Shown here piece by piece: positions 8,414-17,075 of a stretch of 64,000 bases of DNA. The stretch lies in the IMG/VR virus record IMGVR_UViG_2757320620_000001, positions 31,417 to 95,416 of that record, one strand, 5' to 3'. Both the position numbers and the translations under genes were made by a program. Position 1 is the first letter of the stretch. Every line of letters begins with the position of its first letter. The DNA comes from a virus (lineage: Duplodnaviria; Heunggongvirae; Uroviricota; Caudoviricetes). Under the pieces are notes generated by a model. That model did not search any database. It was not told the origin of the DNA and worked only from the letters and a program-made list of their open reading frames with translations.

Positions 8414-9045
8414 CGATCGACCACAAGGAGAGCGTCGATCTGATCCGGCGTCTGTCCTGGTCGATCGCAAGAAAGCTTCATGGCAACGGCGCAACGTCGC
8501 TCAGCCATGAAGACGTCGAGCAGGAGCTTTGGCTCGTCTGGTGCCGCGCACGCGACACGTTCGATCCGACGCTCGGCGTGCCCTTCAAGGCCTATCTGAT
8601 CGAGGGCATTCGCCGGTCGAAGCTTGCGATCAATCGCCAGATGTTCAAGCGCATCGGCGAGGAGCGCGCCCAGCGGCTCGACGCCCCGGTTGGCAACGAC
8701 GGCGAAGGTGACAACCTGATCGACCTGATGCCCTCGAGCGCACCCTTGCCGGATGCGCAGGTGGATGAAGCCACCCACATCGCATGGGCGCTGAAGAAGC
8801 TGTCAGAGCGCACCGCGCTGTTCCTGAAGCTCCTCTACGAGCAGCCGCCCGAGCTCCTGGAGCAGATGCGTCTGCTGAAGGCGCGCGCTGAATACGCCAA
8901 GTCGATCGGCGCGCAGAACATTCTGATCAGCCACATAACGACGTCCTTCGTGTTTCGCCTGATGGACGCCGATCGCCCGGAACGCACGAAGATCCTCGCC
9001 GAGCTGCGCACGCTCTCCGAGAAGGTTCAAAGGACTGCCGCATGA
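8410..9045 (+). CDS. sigma-70 family (ECF-like) sigma factor
   Basis: Region-2-like segment DVEQELWLVWCRARDTFDPTLGVPFKAYLIEGIRRS. It has an ATGA overlap with the cobS-like gene. Region 4 is less clear. Confidence 0.5.
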   Translation: MTIDHKESVDLIRRLSWSIARKLHGNGATSLSHEDVEQELWLVWCRARDTFDPTLGVPFKAYLIEGIRRSKLAINRQMFKRIGEERAQRLDAPVGNDGEGDNLIDLMPSSAPLPDAQVDEATHIAWALKKLSERTALFLKLLYEQPPELLEQMRLLKARAEYAKSIGAQNILISHITTSFVFRLMDADRPERTKILAELRTLSEKVQRTAA

Positions 9046-9572
9046 ACGCATTTATTCCGTCATTCGCGCCTGGCTGCTTCGGCTCCGCACTCGCATTCGA
9101 GGAGACGGCGCCGGTGTGCGCGGTCTGCGTCTTTGCTGAGACCTGCCGGCCGCTGCACTTTACCAATCTCGAGATCCTGCGAGAGCGCGTCGGCGTGAAG
9201 GGCAAGGGCTCGAAGAAGGCCAAGAACCCGCTCGCTGAAAAGCCAGCGGCGCATCCCGCCGAGCTGACGGTGCCGAAGAAGGTCATGGCGCTGATCGAGA
9301 AGCTCGACAGCTCCAACCTGCGCGTGACCGAGAATTTCGCCAAAGGCGTCAACCCGTTCGCCGGCTCGTCGGGCTTCCTGAAGATCGCCGGGCATCTGCT
9401 GCTCAAGATGCGCCAGCCGCTCGATCGCCACACGCTCGCCTATGCCTTCACGACGAAGCTCGGCTGGACCGAGGGCACGGCTGACAGTCACGCGCGCATG
9501 ACGATCCAGGCGCTCACCCACATTGGCGCCGTCGACAATATCGACGGCCTGGTCACACTGAGGAGAGGCTGA
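9042..9572 (+). CDS. Cys-rich hypothetical protein, possible anti-sigma or zinc-binding partner
   Basis: N-terminal cluster C-x13-CAVC-x6-C. Translationally coupled (ATGA) to the sigma factor gene. Confidence 0.35.
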   Translation: MNAFIPSFAPGCFGSALAFEETAPVCAVCVFAETCRPLHFTNLEILRERVGVKGKGSKKAKNPLAEKPAAHPAELTVPKKVMALIEKLDSSNLRVTENFAKGVNPFAGSSGFLKIAGHLLLKMRQPLDRHTLAYAFTTKLGWTEGTADSHARMTIQALTHIGAVDNIDGLVTLRRG

Positions 9573-9838
9573 TGGCCGGCATTAGGGTGTTCTTCACCTG
9601 CGACTTCACCGAGCAAGGCCTGGTCGGCGCCGGCTACTTCGACATGGTGCTGGAGCATGAGCGCCGGCCCAGCCCCGATTTGCTGCAATATCTCGAGCGC
9701 ACCATTCAATCCGCCTGCCAGCACCCGGTGCTGGTTCACCGTTGGGAAATGACGCCCGCGGTCACCAAAAGCGACATTTATCTGACCCATTCCCAGGAGT
9801 TGCCTATCAATGCACGCCATTCTCGCAGCCCGAACTGA
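9572..9838 (+). CDS. hypothetical protein (88 aa)
   Basis: TGATG coupling to the upstream gene. It overlaps the dnaE start by 29 nt, so this is a weak call. Confidence 0.25.
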   Translation: MAGIRVFFTCDFTEQGLVGAGYFDMVLEHERRPSPDLLQYLERTIQSACQHPVLVHRWEMTPAVTKSDIYLTHSQELPINARHSRSPN

Positions 9839-12800
9839 CTTCTCACTCGGCGAAAGCATTCTCAACGCCGGGAAGCTGGTCGATATCGCCAAAGAGCAGG
9901 GCGCCAAAGCCGTCGCGATCACCGACACCATGAGCGTGACCGGCATGATCGACTTCTCCAACCGCGCCAAGAAGGCTGACGTCAAGCCGATCATCGGCGT
10001 GCGTCTGCGCCTGTCGGAAGATCCGGCCTGGCGTCCGGCCAAGGGTCAGAAGAAGAAGCACATGCCGCCCGAGCACTTCATCACCGCCTACGTGCTGACG
10101 GAGACCGGTCTGAAGGCGATCTACCGGCTGCTCAGCAAGGCCAATGCCGGCGACACCGAGGACGCGGCCGGCAACAAGGTGCCTGGGCGTTTCTACTATA
10201 CGGCCAAGCTCGGCTATGACGATCTCTGGGAAGAGTTCGAAAAGCTAGGCGCCGGCCACCTGGCTGTTCATCTCGGCGACACGCACGGCGTCATCATGCG
10301 CCCCGACGCCGAAGCGATCTGCGCCAAGCTCGTCGATTATCTGCATCCCGATTACGTGTTTGCGCCGCTGATCCCTGTCGATACGCCATATTTCGGCGCG
10401 CTCAACAAGCGCTCGCTGGATCTCGTCGCGCGTTTCAAGGCTCGCCCGCTCGTCGTGCGCCCCGCCTATTACGAGGCCGAGCAGGCTGACGCTCACGAAA
10501 TCATGTCGGCGATCTCCAACGGCAACAAGATTTCCGACGGCTGGCACAAGTCGAATTGGAATAGAGATTTCCACGTTCTGAAGGCAGCCGACCTCGGCGC
10601 TGAAGTCGTCAAGGCTGCAAAGCACGTTGCGCTGCGCGGTGTCGTCGGCGCCGGCGCTCACTTCAAGCAGGGTCTGGCAAACACCGACTGGCTGGTCGAT
10701 ACGGTCGAATACACCTGGTCGAAAGCGCCCGTCTCGCTGCCGGTCATGGCGCCGGACGAATTCGGCAAGCTGGTCGAGGAGTGCAAGCTCGGCTGGAAGG
10801 AGCGTTTCAGCCAGGAGAGCTTCGGGCACAAGCCGGCGCCGCAAGAGCTGGTCGATCTCTACAAGCCGCGCCTGGTCTATGAGCTCGAGGTGCTGAAGAA
10901 GCTGTCCTTTGCGGGCTACTTCCTTTTGGCGCAGGACGTCGTGCGCTTCGCCAAGTCGAACGGCATTCTCGTCGGCCCTGGTCGCGGTTCTGTCGGCGGC
11001 TCGCTCGTTGCGTATCTGATGGGCATTACCGATTGCGACCCGATCCGCTTCGGGCTGCTCTTTGAGCGCTTCATCAACCCTGAGCGTCTCGACCTTCCCG
11101 ACGCCGACCTCGACTTCATGTCGACACGCCGGCACGAGGTCGTCGATTACCTCATCCAGAAGTTCGGCGAGAAGCGCGTCGCCGGCGTTTCGAACTTCGG
11201 CACGCTCGCTGCTGCATCCTCGATCCGCGACGTCGGCCGCGCCTTCGAGATCCCGGAGAAGGAATATTCGATCTCCAAGCTGGTGCCGAAGAAGCACGGC
11301 GCCAACGTCAAGCTGCCGGTGTGCCGCGAGGAAGTCGCCGAGATTGACGAGTTCGCCGGCAAGTATCCCGGCCACTGGGATATCATGGAGCGCATCGAAG
11401 GCACGATCCGCAATATGAGCCAGCACGCGTCCGGCATCGTCGTCGGTGGCGTCGATCTCGAGGAGCGCGCCGTCATCGAGCGCCGCAAAGGCGACAGCGC
11501 CGTCGTCTGCTGGGATAAGCGCATCGTCGAGGATCAAGGCCTGGTCAAGCTCGATATCCTCGGCCTATCCACGCTCGATCTGATCGCGCTGGTGCTGCGC
11601 TACATCTTCGAGCGCCACGCCAAGAAGATCAATTTGATGAAGGTGCCGCTCGACGACCAGGCGGTGCTGAAGAATTTCGCCGCAGGGCTCACCACCGGCG
11701 TCTTCCAGTTCGAAAGCGCTGGCATGCGCAAGCTGCTGCGCGAGCTTGGCGCCGACGGCACCATCACCTTCGACGATATCACCGCGGCGACCGCCCTCTA
11801 CCGCCCTGGCCCGATGGAGTCAGGCATGATGGACAGCTACTATCGGCGCAAGCAGGGCAACGAGACGGTCGATTACGACCACCCGCTGATGGAAGCGGTG
11901 CTGAAGGACACTTTCGGCGTCATCGTCTACCAGGAGCAGGTCATGAAGATCTCGCAGGTGATCTGCGGATATTCCGGCGCCGACGCTGACAAGCTCCGCA
12001 AGATCATGGGTAAGAAATTGCCCGAGGAGATGAAAAAGGAGCGCGGCAAGTTCTGCGACGGCGCGGTCAAGACGATCGGCTGCACCGAGGATTGGGCAGG
12101 CGCGCTGTTCGACAAGATCGAAGGCTTCGCCGGCTACGGCTTCAACAAGAGCCACTCGGTCGAATATTCGCTGATCTCCTGGCAGTCGATGTGGTTGAAG
12201 ACGCACTATCCGGTCGAGTTCTTCGCCGCAGCGCTGACGCAGATGGACGAGGACAAACTGCCGGCGCTGCTGCGCGATGCAGGGCGCTTTGGCATCGACG
12301 TCAACATGCCCGACATCAATATCTCCACCGATCGCTTCGAAATCGTCACCGACGTCCGGCTGGTCATGCCATTCCAGCGCATCAAGGGAATCTCGGGCAC
12401 GACCACCACCGCGATCCTGGCCGCGCGCACAGCCGTCGACGAGAAGACAGGCAAGCCGGTCGGTCCCTTCCAGAATAAGGCCGACTTCCTGGCGCGGGTC
12501 AACAAGACCAGGTGCAACAAGCGGCACCAGGAGAACCTCGATCTCGTCGGCGCATTCTCGCGCATCGAGCCTGGGCAGCTCGGCCCGAACGACCCAAGCC
12601 GCATCCGCGACCAGCTCGAGCTCCTGCCCGGCCTGGTGACGGCGACCGTGCCGGTGCCTCGATCGATGGAGAACGACAAGGCGACAAAGGAAGCGATCGC
12701 CGAGGTGATCGACGATTACAAGGCGGATCTGTCGGAAGACGGCATTATGGTGCAGCCGCATTTCGGCAAGCAAGCGCAGTTCATGATCATCACGGATGCG

Positions 12801-13223
12801 CCGAACAATCCGGAAGAGCAGGAAGGCATGATGTCGATCGGCAAGGCCTCGGCGCCGGTCATCGATGCGCTGATGAACCATCAGCTCGACCGCAAATCCT
12901 TCTATTGGACGGCGCTGCTCAAGCGACCGAAGGCGGGCAAACAGATTTCGCCGGAAGAGATCCGCATGTATCTGCCCTACCTCGAGCGCGAGATCAACGT
13001 CCTGCGGCCGCCCATCATCGTGCTGCTCGGCACGAGCGTCGTTCGCCACTTCCTGCCCGACTTCAAGGGCAAGACCTCCGAGGCGGCCGGCAAGATCGTC
13101 TATCACAAGGAGCTCGATGCGAACCTGGTGATCGGCTTCAATCCTGGCGAAATCTACTATTCGCCCGAGAAGCAGGAGCTGATGGAGGACGTGTTTGCGT
13201 CCGTCATCGATCTCCTCGACTGA
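9810..13223 (+). CDS. dnaE: DNA polymerase III alpha subunit (DnaE-type replicative polymerase)
   Basis: 1137 aa. N-terminal PHP domain, DnaE fingers/palm signatures (GRGSVGGSLVAYLMGITDCDPIRFGLLFERFINPER, GVIVYQEQVMKI) and a characteristic C-terminal region. Confidence 0.9.
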   Translation: MHAILAARTDFSLGESILNAGKLVDIAKEQGAKAVAITDTMSVTGMIDFSNRAKKADVKPIIGVRLRLSEDPAWRPAKGQKKKHMPPEHFITAYVLTETGLKAIYRLLSKANAGDTEDAAGNKVPGRFYYTAKLGYDDLWEEFEKLGAGHLAVHLGDTHGVIMRPDAEAICAKLVDYLHPDYVFAPLIPVDTPYFGALNKRSLDLVARFKARPLVVRPAYYEAEQADAHEIMSAISNGNKISDGWHKSNWNRDFHVLKAADLGAEVVKAAKHVALRGVVGAGAHFKQGLANTDWLVDTVEYTWSKAPVSLPVMAPDEFGKLVEECKLGWKERFSQESFGHKPAPQELVDLYKPRLVYELEVLKKLSFAGYFLLAQDVVRFAKSNGILVGPGRGSVGGSLVAYLMGITDCDPIRFGLLFERFINPERLDLPDADLDFMSTRRHEVVDYLIQKFGEKRVAGVSNFGTLAAASSIRDVGRAFEIPEKEYSISKLVPKKHGANVKLPVCREEVAEIDEFAGKYPGHWDIMERIEGTIRNMSQHASGIVVGGVDLEERAVIERRKGDSAVVCWDKRIVEDQGLVKLDILGLSTLDLIALVLRYIFERHAKKINLMKVPLDDQAVLKNFAAGLTTGVFQFESAGMRKLLRELGADGTITFDDITAATALYRPGPMESGMMDSYYRRKQGNETVDYDHPLMEAVLKDTFGVIVYQEQVMKISQVICGYSGADADKLRKIMGKKLPEEMKKERGKFCDGAVKTIGCTEDWAGALFDKIEGFAGYGFNKSHSVEYSLISWQSMWLKTHYPVEFFAAALTQMDEDKLPALLRDAGRFGIDVNMPDINISTDRFEIVTDVRLVMPFQRIKGISGTTTTAILAARTAVDEKTGKPVGPFQNKADFLARVNKTRCNKRHQENLDLVGAFSRIEPGQLGPNDPSRIRDQLELLPGLVTATVPVPRSMENDKATKEAIAEVIDDYKADLSEDGIMVQPHFGKQAQFMIITDAPNNPEEQEGMMSIGKASAPVIDALMNHQLDRKSFYWTALLKRPKAGKQISPEEIRMYLPYLEREINVLRPPIIVLLGTSVVRHFLPDFKGKTSEAAGKIVYHKELDANLVIGFNPGEIYYSPEKQELMEDVFASVIDLLD

Positions 13224-13282
13224 CCACCCGCAAACCGCGCTGACAAGCGCTATTCTAGTGCAGCAGATCAAAGGAAACGATC

Positions 13283-13822
13283 ATGAGCGAAGAAACGGAA
13301 GAGAAGAAGGCGCACAACAAGATCACGGTGCGCAACTATGTCGAAACGGCCAAGCTCAAGGAGGATCTCGGCTATTCGCTGGTCGACCTCTCCGGCGCCC
13401 AGGCCCAGCAGGCGCAGCTCTTTGCCCATTACGGCGTCCAGGCAGCCAAAGCCGCGCGCCAGGTGGACAACATCAAGCTGCTGCTCGAAAACACCGAGGC
13501 GGCCGTCTACCGCGTCATTCGCGACCAGGCGGTGAAGGCCGGCGAGAAGGTCACGGAAGCCCTGCTTGACAAGCTGGTGACGCGCCATGAGCGTGTGACG
13601 GCCGTCAAGAAGGCGCTGAACGAGGCCAAACAGATCGAGGCGATCGCCAAGACTGCGGTTGAAGCCTTCCGACATCGCAGAGACATGCTTGTCCAGCACG
13701 GCGCCACCGAGCGCGAGGAAATGAAGGGCGAGCTCGTCACCAAGCTGCGCTCCGGCCGCGAGGAAGACCTGTCCAATCTCAAGGCCGGCTATCTCGAGCG
13801 GATCAAGCAGAACGCCGCATAA
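13283..13822 (+). CDS. hypothetical protein (179 aa, coiled-coil-like)
   Basis: ATG with an AAAGGAAACG RBS. No recognisable motif. Confidence 0.45.
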   Translation: MSEETEEKKAHNKITVRNYVETAKLKEDLGYSLVDLSGAQAQQAQLFAHYGVQAAKAARQVDNIKLLLENTEAAVYRVIRDQAVKAGEKVTEALLDKLVTRHERVTAVKKALNEAKQIEAIAKTAVEAFRHRRDMLVQHGATEREEMKGELVTKLRSGREEDLSNLKAGYLERIKQNAA

Positions 13823-13856
13823 ATTTTTCGTCATCCGACGATTTTTCGTCTATCTA

Positions 13857-13880
13857 ACAGTCAGTCAATATTGACTGACT
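13857..13880. promoter_or_regulatory. motif copy, perfect 18 bp palindrome TCAGTCAATATTGACTGA
   Basis: 20 bp upstream of ORF 13900. Confidence 0.55.
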
Positions 13881-13899
13881 TCAACCGCGGAGCCCTCGC

Positions 13900-14151
13900 A
13901 TGAAATTCTCTCTTGAAGACTTCCTCGCCTCCCTGCGCAAGCTGTTTGGTCGCGAGCAGTCCGTCGACAATATCCTGAAGCCGATCACGAAGATCACCAA
14001 CAAGCTCGCCAAGCACGAGCGCGTCCAGAACCGCGAGCGCACTCGCCGCCTGGAAGCTGCCGAGCGTGCCCGCAACGCCGCGATCGCCGCTGAAGCAGCC
14101 GCTCGCCGTGCTGCTGAAAAGCGCTCGAAGATCCTCGACACCTTCGCCTGA
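13900..14151 (+). CDS. hypothetical basic coiled-coil protein (83 aa)
   Basis: Preceded by the perfect palindrome TCAGTCAATATTGACTGA at 13861-13878. Confidence 0.4.
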   Translation: MKFSLEDFLASLRKLFGREQSVDNILKPITKITNKLAKHERVQNRERTRRLEAAERARNAAIAAEAAARRAAEKRSKILDTFA

Positions 14152-14202
14152 AAAATCTTCGATTTTTCTAACGCAACCCGACCGAAAACTGTCTATTCTT
14201 AC

Positions 14203-14230
14203 TTAGCGATTTAGCGATTTCGCTAATAGC
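14203..14230. promoter_or_regulatory. second palindrome family: TTAGCGATTTAGCGATTTCGCTAATAGC, whose core TTAGCGATTTCGCTAA is a perfect 16 bp palindrome
   Basis: 55 bp upstream of the gp32-like SSB gene. A related perfect palindrome TCGCTAATTAGCGA lies at 18180-18193, upstream of the ASCH gene. Confidence 0.45.
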
Positions 14231-14284
14231 AAGCACGAACCGACAAAGCACCAAGCTCACAGCCTCGAAAAAGGAAAACTCGAA

Positions 14285-15226
14285 ATGGCTCTCTCTCCCG
14301 CACTGCAGAAGCTCGTCGCCAATGGCGCCAACAAGTATCAGCGCTCCACTGGCGAGCGCATCAAGCCGAAGGAAGGTATCAACCGCTACCGCATCCTCGT
14401 GCCCGACGTGAACGCGCAGTTCTGGGCCGACCTCGGCGTTCACTGGATCAAGCCGGAAGTTGATGGCAAGGGCAAGCCCATCGCCGTCGTTGGCTGCTCC
14501 GACGTCTGCTTCGGCCAGCCCTGCGAAATCGACACGGCGATCAACGCGGCGCTCTCCGGCGCGATCGACGAAGACTCCAAGAAGCTCTACGAAAGCTGGC
14601 GCGCTCGCAAGACCGTCCTGCTCAACGTTCTCGACCGTTCGAAGGGCTCGACCGATCCCGACAAGGTGCAGATCCTCGAGATCACGACCGGCACCTTCGG
14701 CGCCATCCTGAACATCGTCCAGCAGTATGCCGAAGAAGGCGAAGACATTCTCGACGCGACCGTCGGCATGGATATCTCGATCAGCCGCAGCGGCAAGGGT
14801 CTGCAGACCGAATACACGGTCAACGTCGCGCCCGGCAAGTCCCAGCCGGTCACGAAGGCTCACCTGAAGGACGTTCACAACCTGACCGACCACATCAACA
14901 AGGAATTCTTCCGCGGTGATGAGCAGAAGGCGCTGAACTTCATCGGTCAGGTCGCCCAGGTCAACCTCCCGCGCCTCGGCAACAAGACGCCGACCGCAGC
15001 ACTCACCTCGAAGGCCGCCCAGGTCGATCCGGACGTTGATGCCGATGCACTGGCTGACGCTGCCGATCTCGACGACGCCCCGCCGTTCGACACCGAAGAA
15101 ACGGCACCGGTCACCAAGGCCGCTGCCCGCACTGCTCCGTCCAAGCCGGCTGTTGTCGAAGAAGATGCCGTCGTCCTCGACGACAATGACATCGACGACG
15201 TCCTCGCTGACCTGGACTCCATCTAA
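14285..15226 (+). CDS. gp32-like single-stranded DNA-binding protein with an acidic C-terminal tail
   Basis: Collinear with T4 gp32: RYRILVPD corresponds to AVIRFLPS, the zinc-site segment GCSDVCFGQPCE corresponds to the CSSTHGDYDSCPVCQ region, and KTVLLNVLD corresponds to SYWANILVV. It ends in an acidic tail DDNDIDDVLADLDSI. Confidence 0.55.
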   Translation: MALSPALQKLVANGANKYQRSTGERIKPKEGINRYRILVPDVNAQFWADLGVHWIKPEVDGKGKPIAVVGCSDVCFGQPCEIDTAINAALSGAIDEDSKKLYESWRARKTVLLNVLDRSKGSTDPDKVQILEITTGTFGAILNIVQQYAEEGEDILDATVGMDISISRSGKGLQTEYTVNVAPGKSQPVTKAHLKDVHNLTDHINKEFFRGDEQKALNFIGQVAQVNLPRLGNKTPTAALTSKAAQVDPDVDADALADAADLDDAPPFDTEETAPVTKAAARTAPSKPAVVEEDAVVLDDNDIDDVLADLDSI

Positions 15227-15230
15227 GTCG

Positions 15231-15342
15231 TCACTGCGCCGCGCGTTCACGCGCAGTGATCTCTGGCCCGGCACGTCGCGCTGCCGGGCCTGTTCGTCAG
15301 GAGGTTGCACCCCTGTCTCCCGTTGTTCGCTCGCAACCTCCT
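15231..15342 (+). promoter_or_regulatory. three consecutive stable hairpins downstream of the gp32-like gene
   Basis: TCACTGCGC/GCGCAGTGA (15231-15259), GGCCCGGCA/TGCCGGGCC (15265-15290) and AGGAGGTTGC/GCAACCTCCT (15299-15342). None has a clean U-tract. Confidence 0.35.
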
Positions 15343-15373
15343 GACGCCCCTTCCCCGAGATAAAGGCTTAGAA

Positions 15374-16330
15374 ATGTCCCGCTATTTGCTGATCGACGGC
15401 ATGAATATTGCTCATGCGGCCAACAACGCCAAACCGCTGAAGGTGGGCGAGGTTCAGGTTCAAGCCATCTTTCACTTCGTCAAGATCGTCCGCAAGCTCG
15501 TTGCAGCCTACCCGACCGCGAAGCCCGCGGTGCTCTGGGATGGCGCCAGCTGGCGTTACATGGATTTCCCGGACTATAAGTCCGCCCGCAAGAAAGAAGA
15601 TACCGCGACCGCAATCAAGGCGGCCGAAATGAAGAAGATCGCTGAGAGCCAGATCCCGGCGATCAAGAAGGCGATGCAGCTGATCGGCATGCCCCAGGTG
15701 CGCGCGTCGAACATGGAGGCTGACGATCTCGCAGCAATCATGGGCGATCGCTACGCGGCCAAGGGCGGGCGCATCGTGCTCGTCTCCGGTGACAAGGACT
15801 GGGTGCAGCTCGTCAACGACCGCATCATCTGGCTCGATCCGATCAAAGATCGCAAGATCATGAAGCCGGCCGACATGGAGACGGCGATCGACGTCAAGCT
15901 CGACAGCTTCGAGCAGTTCGTGGAAATGAAGTGCCTGGCCGGCGACCAGGGCGACAGCGTGCCCGGCGTCGGCGGCATCGGTGAGAAAGGCGCGATCGAG
16001 TTTCTCAACACCTATGGCTCGACGTCGAATTTTTCCAACATGCTGATCGACAAGACGCTCGATCCGAAGAAGGTCTTGAAGAAGTTCCGCGACTTCGCCG
16101 AGAGCGAGGAAAAGCAGATGATCTTCCAGCGCAATCGCAAGCTGATGGATCTGCGCACGCCGCTGCGCCCCGAGCCGATCAATCTGCGCGTCGACGCCGG
16201 CGAGCCTGATCTCGAGCGCTTCCGGACCTTCTGCAACCGGCTGATGTTCCGCTCGATCGCCAGCGATCTGAAGAGCTGGATCTCGGTCTTCCCCGCATTT
16301 CACTATCTGCAAGAGGAGCTCGCAGCTTGA
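15374..16330 (+). CDS. 5'-3' exonuclease / flap endonuclease (phage RNase H-like, PIN domain)
   Basis: The N-terminal LLIDGMNIAHAANNA matches the FEN/5'-nuclease LLVDGxxLxxRA signature. Acidic metal-binding clusters and a helix-hairpin-helix-like region follow. Confidence 0.8.
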   Translation: MSRYLLIDGMNIAHAANNAKPLKVGEVQVQAIFHFVKIVRKLVAAYPTAKPAVLWDGASWRYMDFPDYKSARKKEDTATAIKAAEMKKIAESQIPAIKKAMQLIGMPQVRASNMEADDLAAIMGDRYAAKGGRIVLVSGDKDWVQLVNDRIIWLDPIKDRKIMKPADMETAIDVKLDSFEQFVEMKCLAGDQGDSVPGVGGIGEKGAIEFLNTYGSTSNFSNMLIDKTLDPKKVLKKFRDFAESEEKQMIFQRNRKLMDLRTPLRPEPINLRVDAGEPDLERFRTFCNRLMFRSIASDLKSWISVFPAFHYLQEELAA

Positions 16331-16530
16331 TCCCGACCTTTCTCATCTACTTCATCGCCGCCTGGCTCTACCTGGTCGGCGCCGTCGTGACGCTGTTCAT
16401 CGGCGCCGGCATCAAGAGCCTCTACCGCTGGCGCCTGGCGCTCGCCGCGCTCTTCTGGCCGCTCACCTGGGCCTATATCCTGATCGCCGCTGCGATCGAC
16501 ATGCTCAAGGATCGTCGGCATGCAAACTGA
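16327..16530 (+). CDS. small membrane protein (67 aa, two predicted TM segments)
   Basis: Hydrophobic sequence IYFIAAWLYLVGAVVTLFIGAGI...LFWPLTWAYILIAAAI. TTGA coupling to the upstream gene. Confidence 0.35.
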   Translation: MIPTFLIYFIAAWLYLVGAVVTLFIGAGIKSLYRWRLALAALFWPLTWAYILIAAAIDMLKDRRHAN

Positions 16531-17065
16531 AGCAAACCCCAAGGGCGAGCCGAAGCGGGCGCTCGAGCAGGCCATCAGCAAGATCGGCAAGGCTTACGGC
16601 GATCTGCTGCGCGTGGCTGAAAAGCACGGCCACGAAATCGGCCAGACGGACTACGACAAAGCCCGGTTCTTCCTCGACAGCACGATCGGCAAGATCTGGG
16701 AGAAGATCGACGTGGTGCGCGACGTTGCCAAGGCGACGAACGGCGATTTCTCGCTCGACAGCATCGAGCTGCCGGAGACCGAAACCCTGCAGATCAGGAC
16801 GGCGACCGGTGTGAAGGAATGGCAGGTGCCGAAAGGAGCGCCCTTCGCGACGCCGGCTGTTATGCCCGTTGTGCCGGCCGGCCCGATCGACGCCTCGAGA
16901 ATGGACGGCCGATCCCTGGCGCAGGCCATTGGCGGGCGCCTCACAAAGCAGGCTAAGGCCGCGATTCCGCGTCCGACGCAGTCAGTCAATACTGACTTAG
17001 ACGACGACCTTGGCCCAACAGATACGTCATTTGAGGATGACGGTGCAGACTTCATCGACGAATAG
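16520..17065 (+). CDS. hypothetical protein with an acidic C-terminal tail (181 aa)
   Basis: Ends in DDDLGPTDTSFEDDGADFIDE, an SSB-tail-like acidic patch. A motif copy at 16981-17000 lies inside its 3' end. Confidence 0.45.
   Translation: MQTEANPKGEPKRALEQAISKIGKAYGDLLRVAEKHGHEIGQTDYDKARFFLDSTIGKIWEKIDVVRDVAKATNGDFSLDSIELPETETLQIRTATGVKEWQVPKGAPFATPAVMPVVPAGPIDASRMDGRSLAQAIGGRLTKQAKAAIPRPTQSVNTDLDDDLGPTDTSFEDDGADFIDE
16981..17000. promoter_or_regulatory. motif copy (GTCAGTCAATACTGACTTAG) inside the 3' end of ORF 16520..17065, 76 bp upstream of the recA-like gene
   Basis: Seen directly. Confidence 0.45.
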
Positions 17066-17075
17066 GAGAAAAACG

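Noticed and set aside
13822-13850. Direct repeat ATTTTTCGTC x2 (13822-13831 and 13841-13850) as a terminator
   Set aside because: No stable stem, only a 4 bp CGTC/GACG stem. It is probably just an A/T-rich spacer before the perfect palindrome at 13861.
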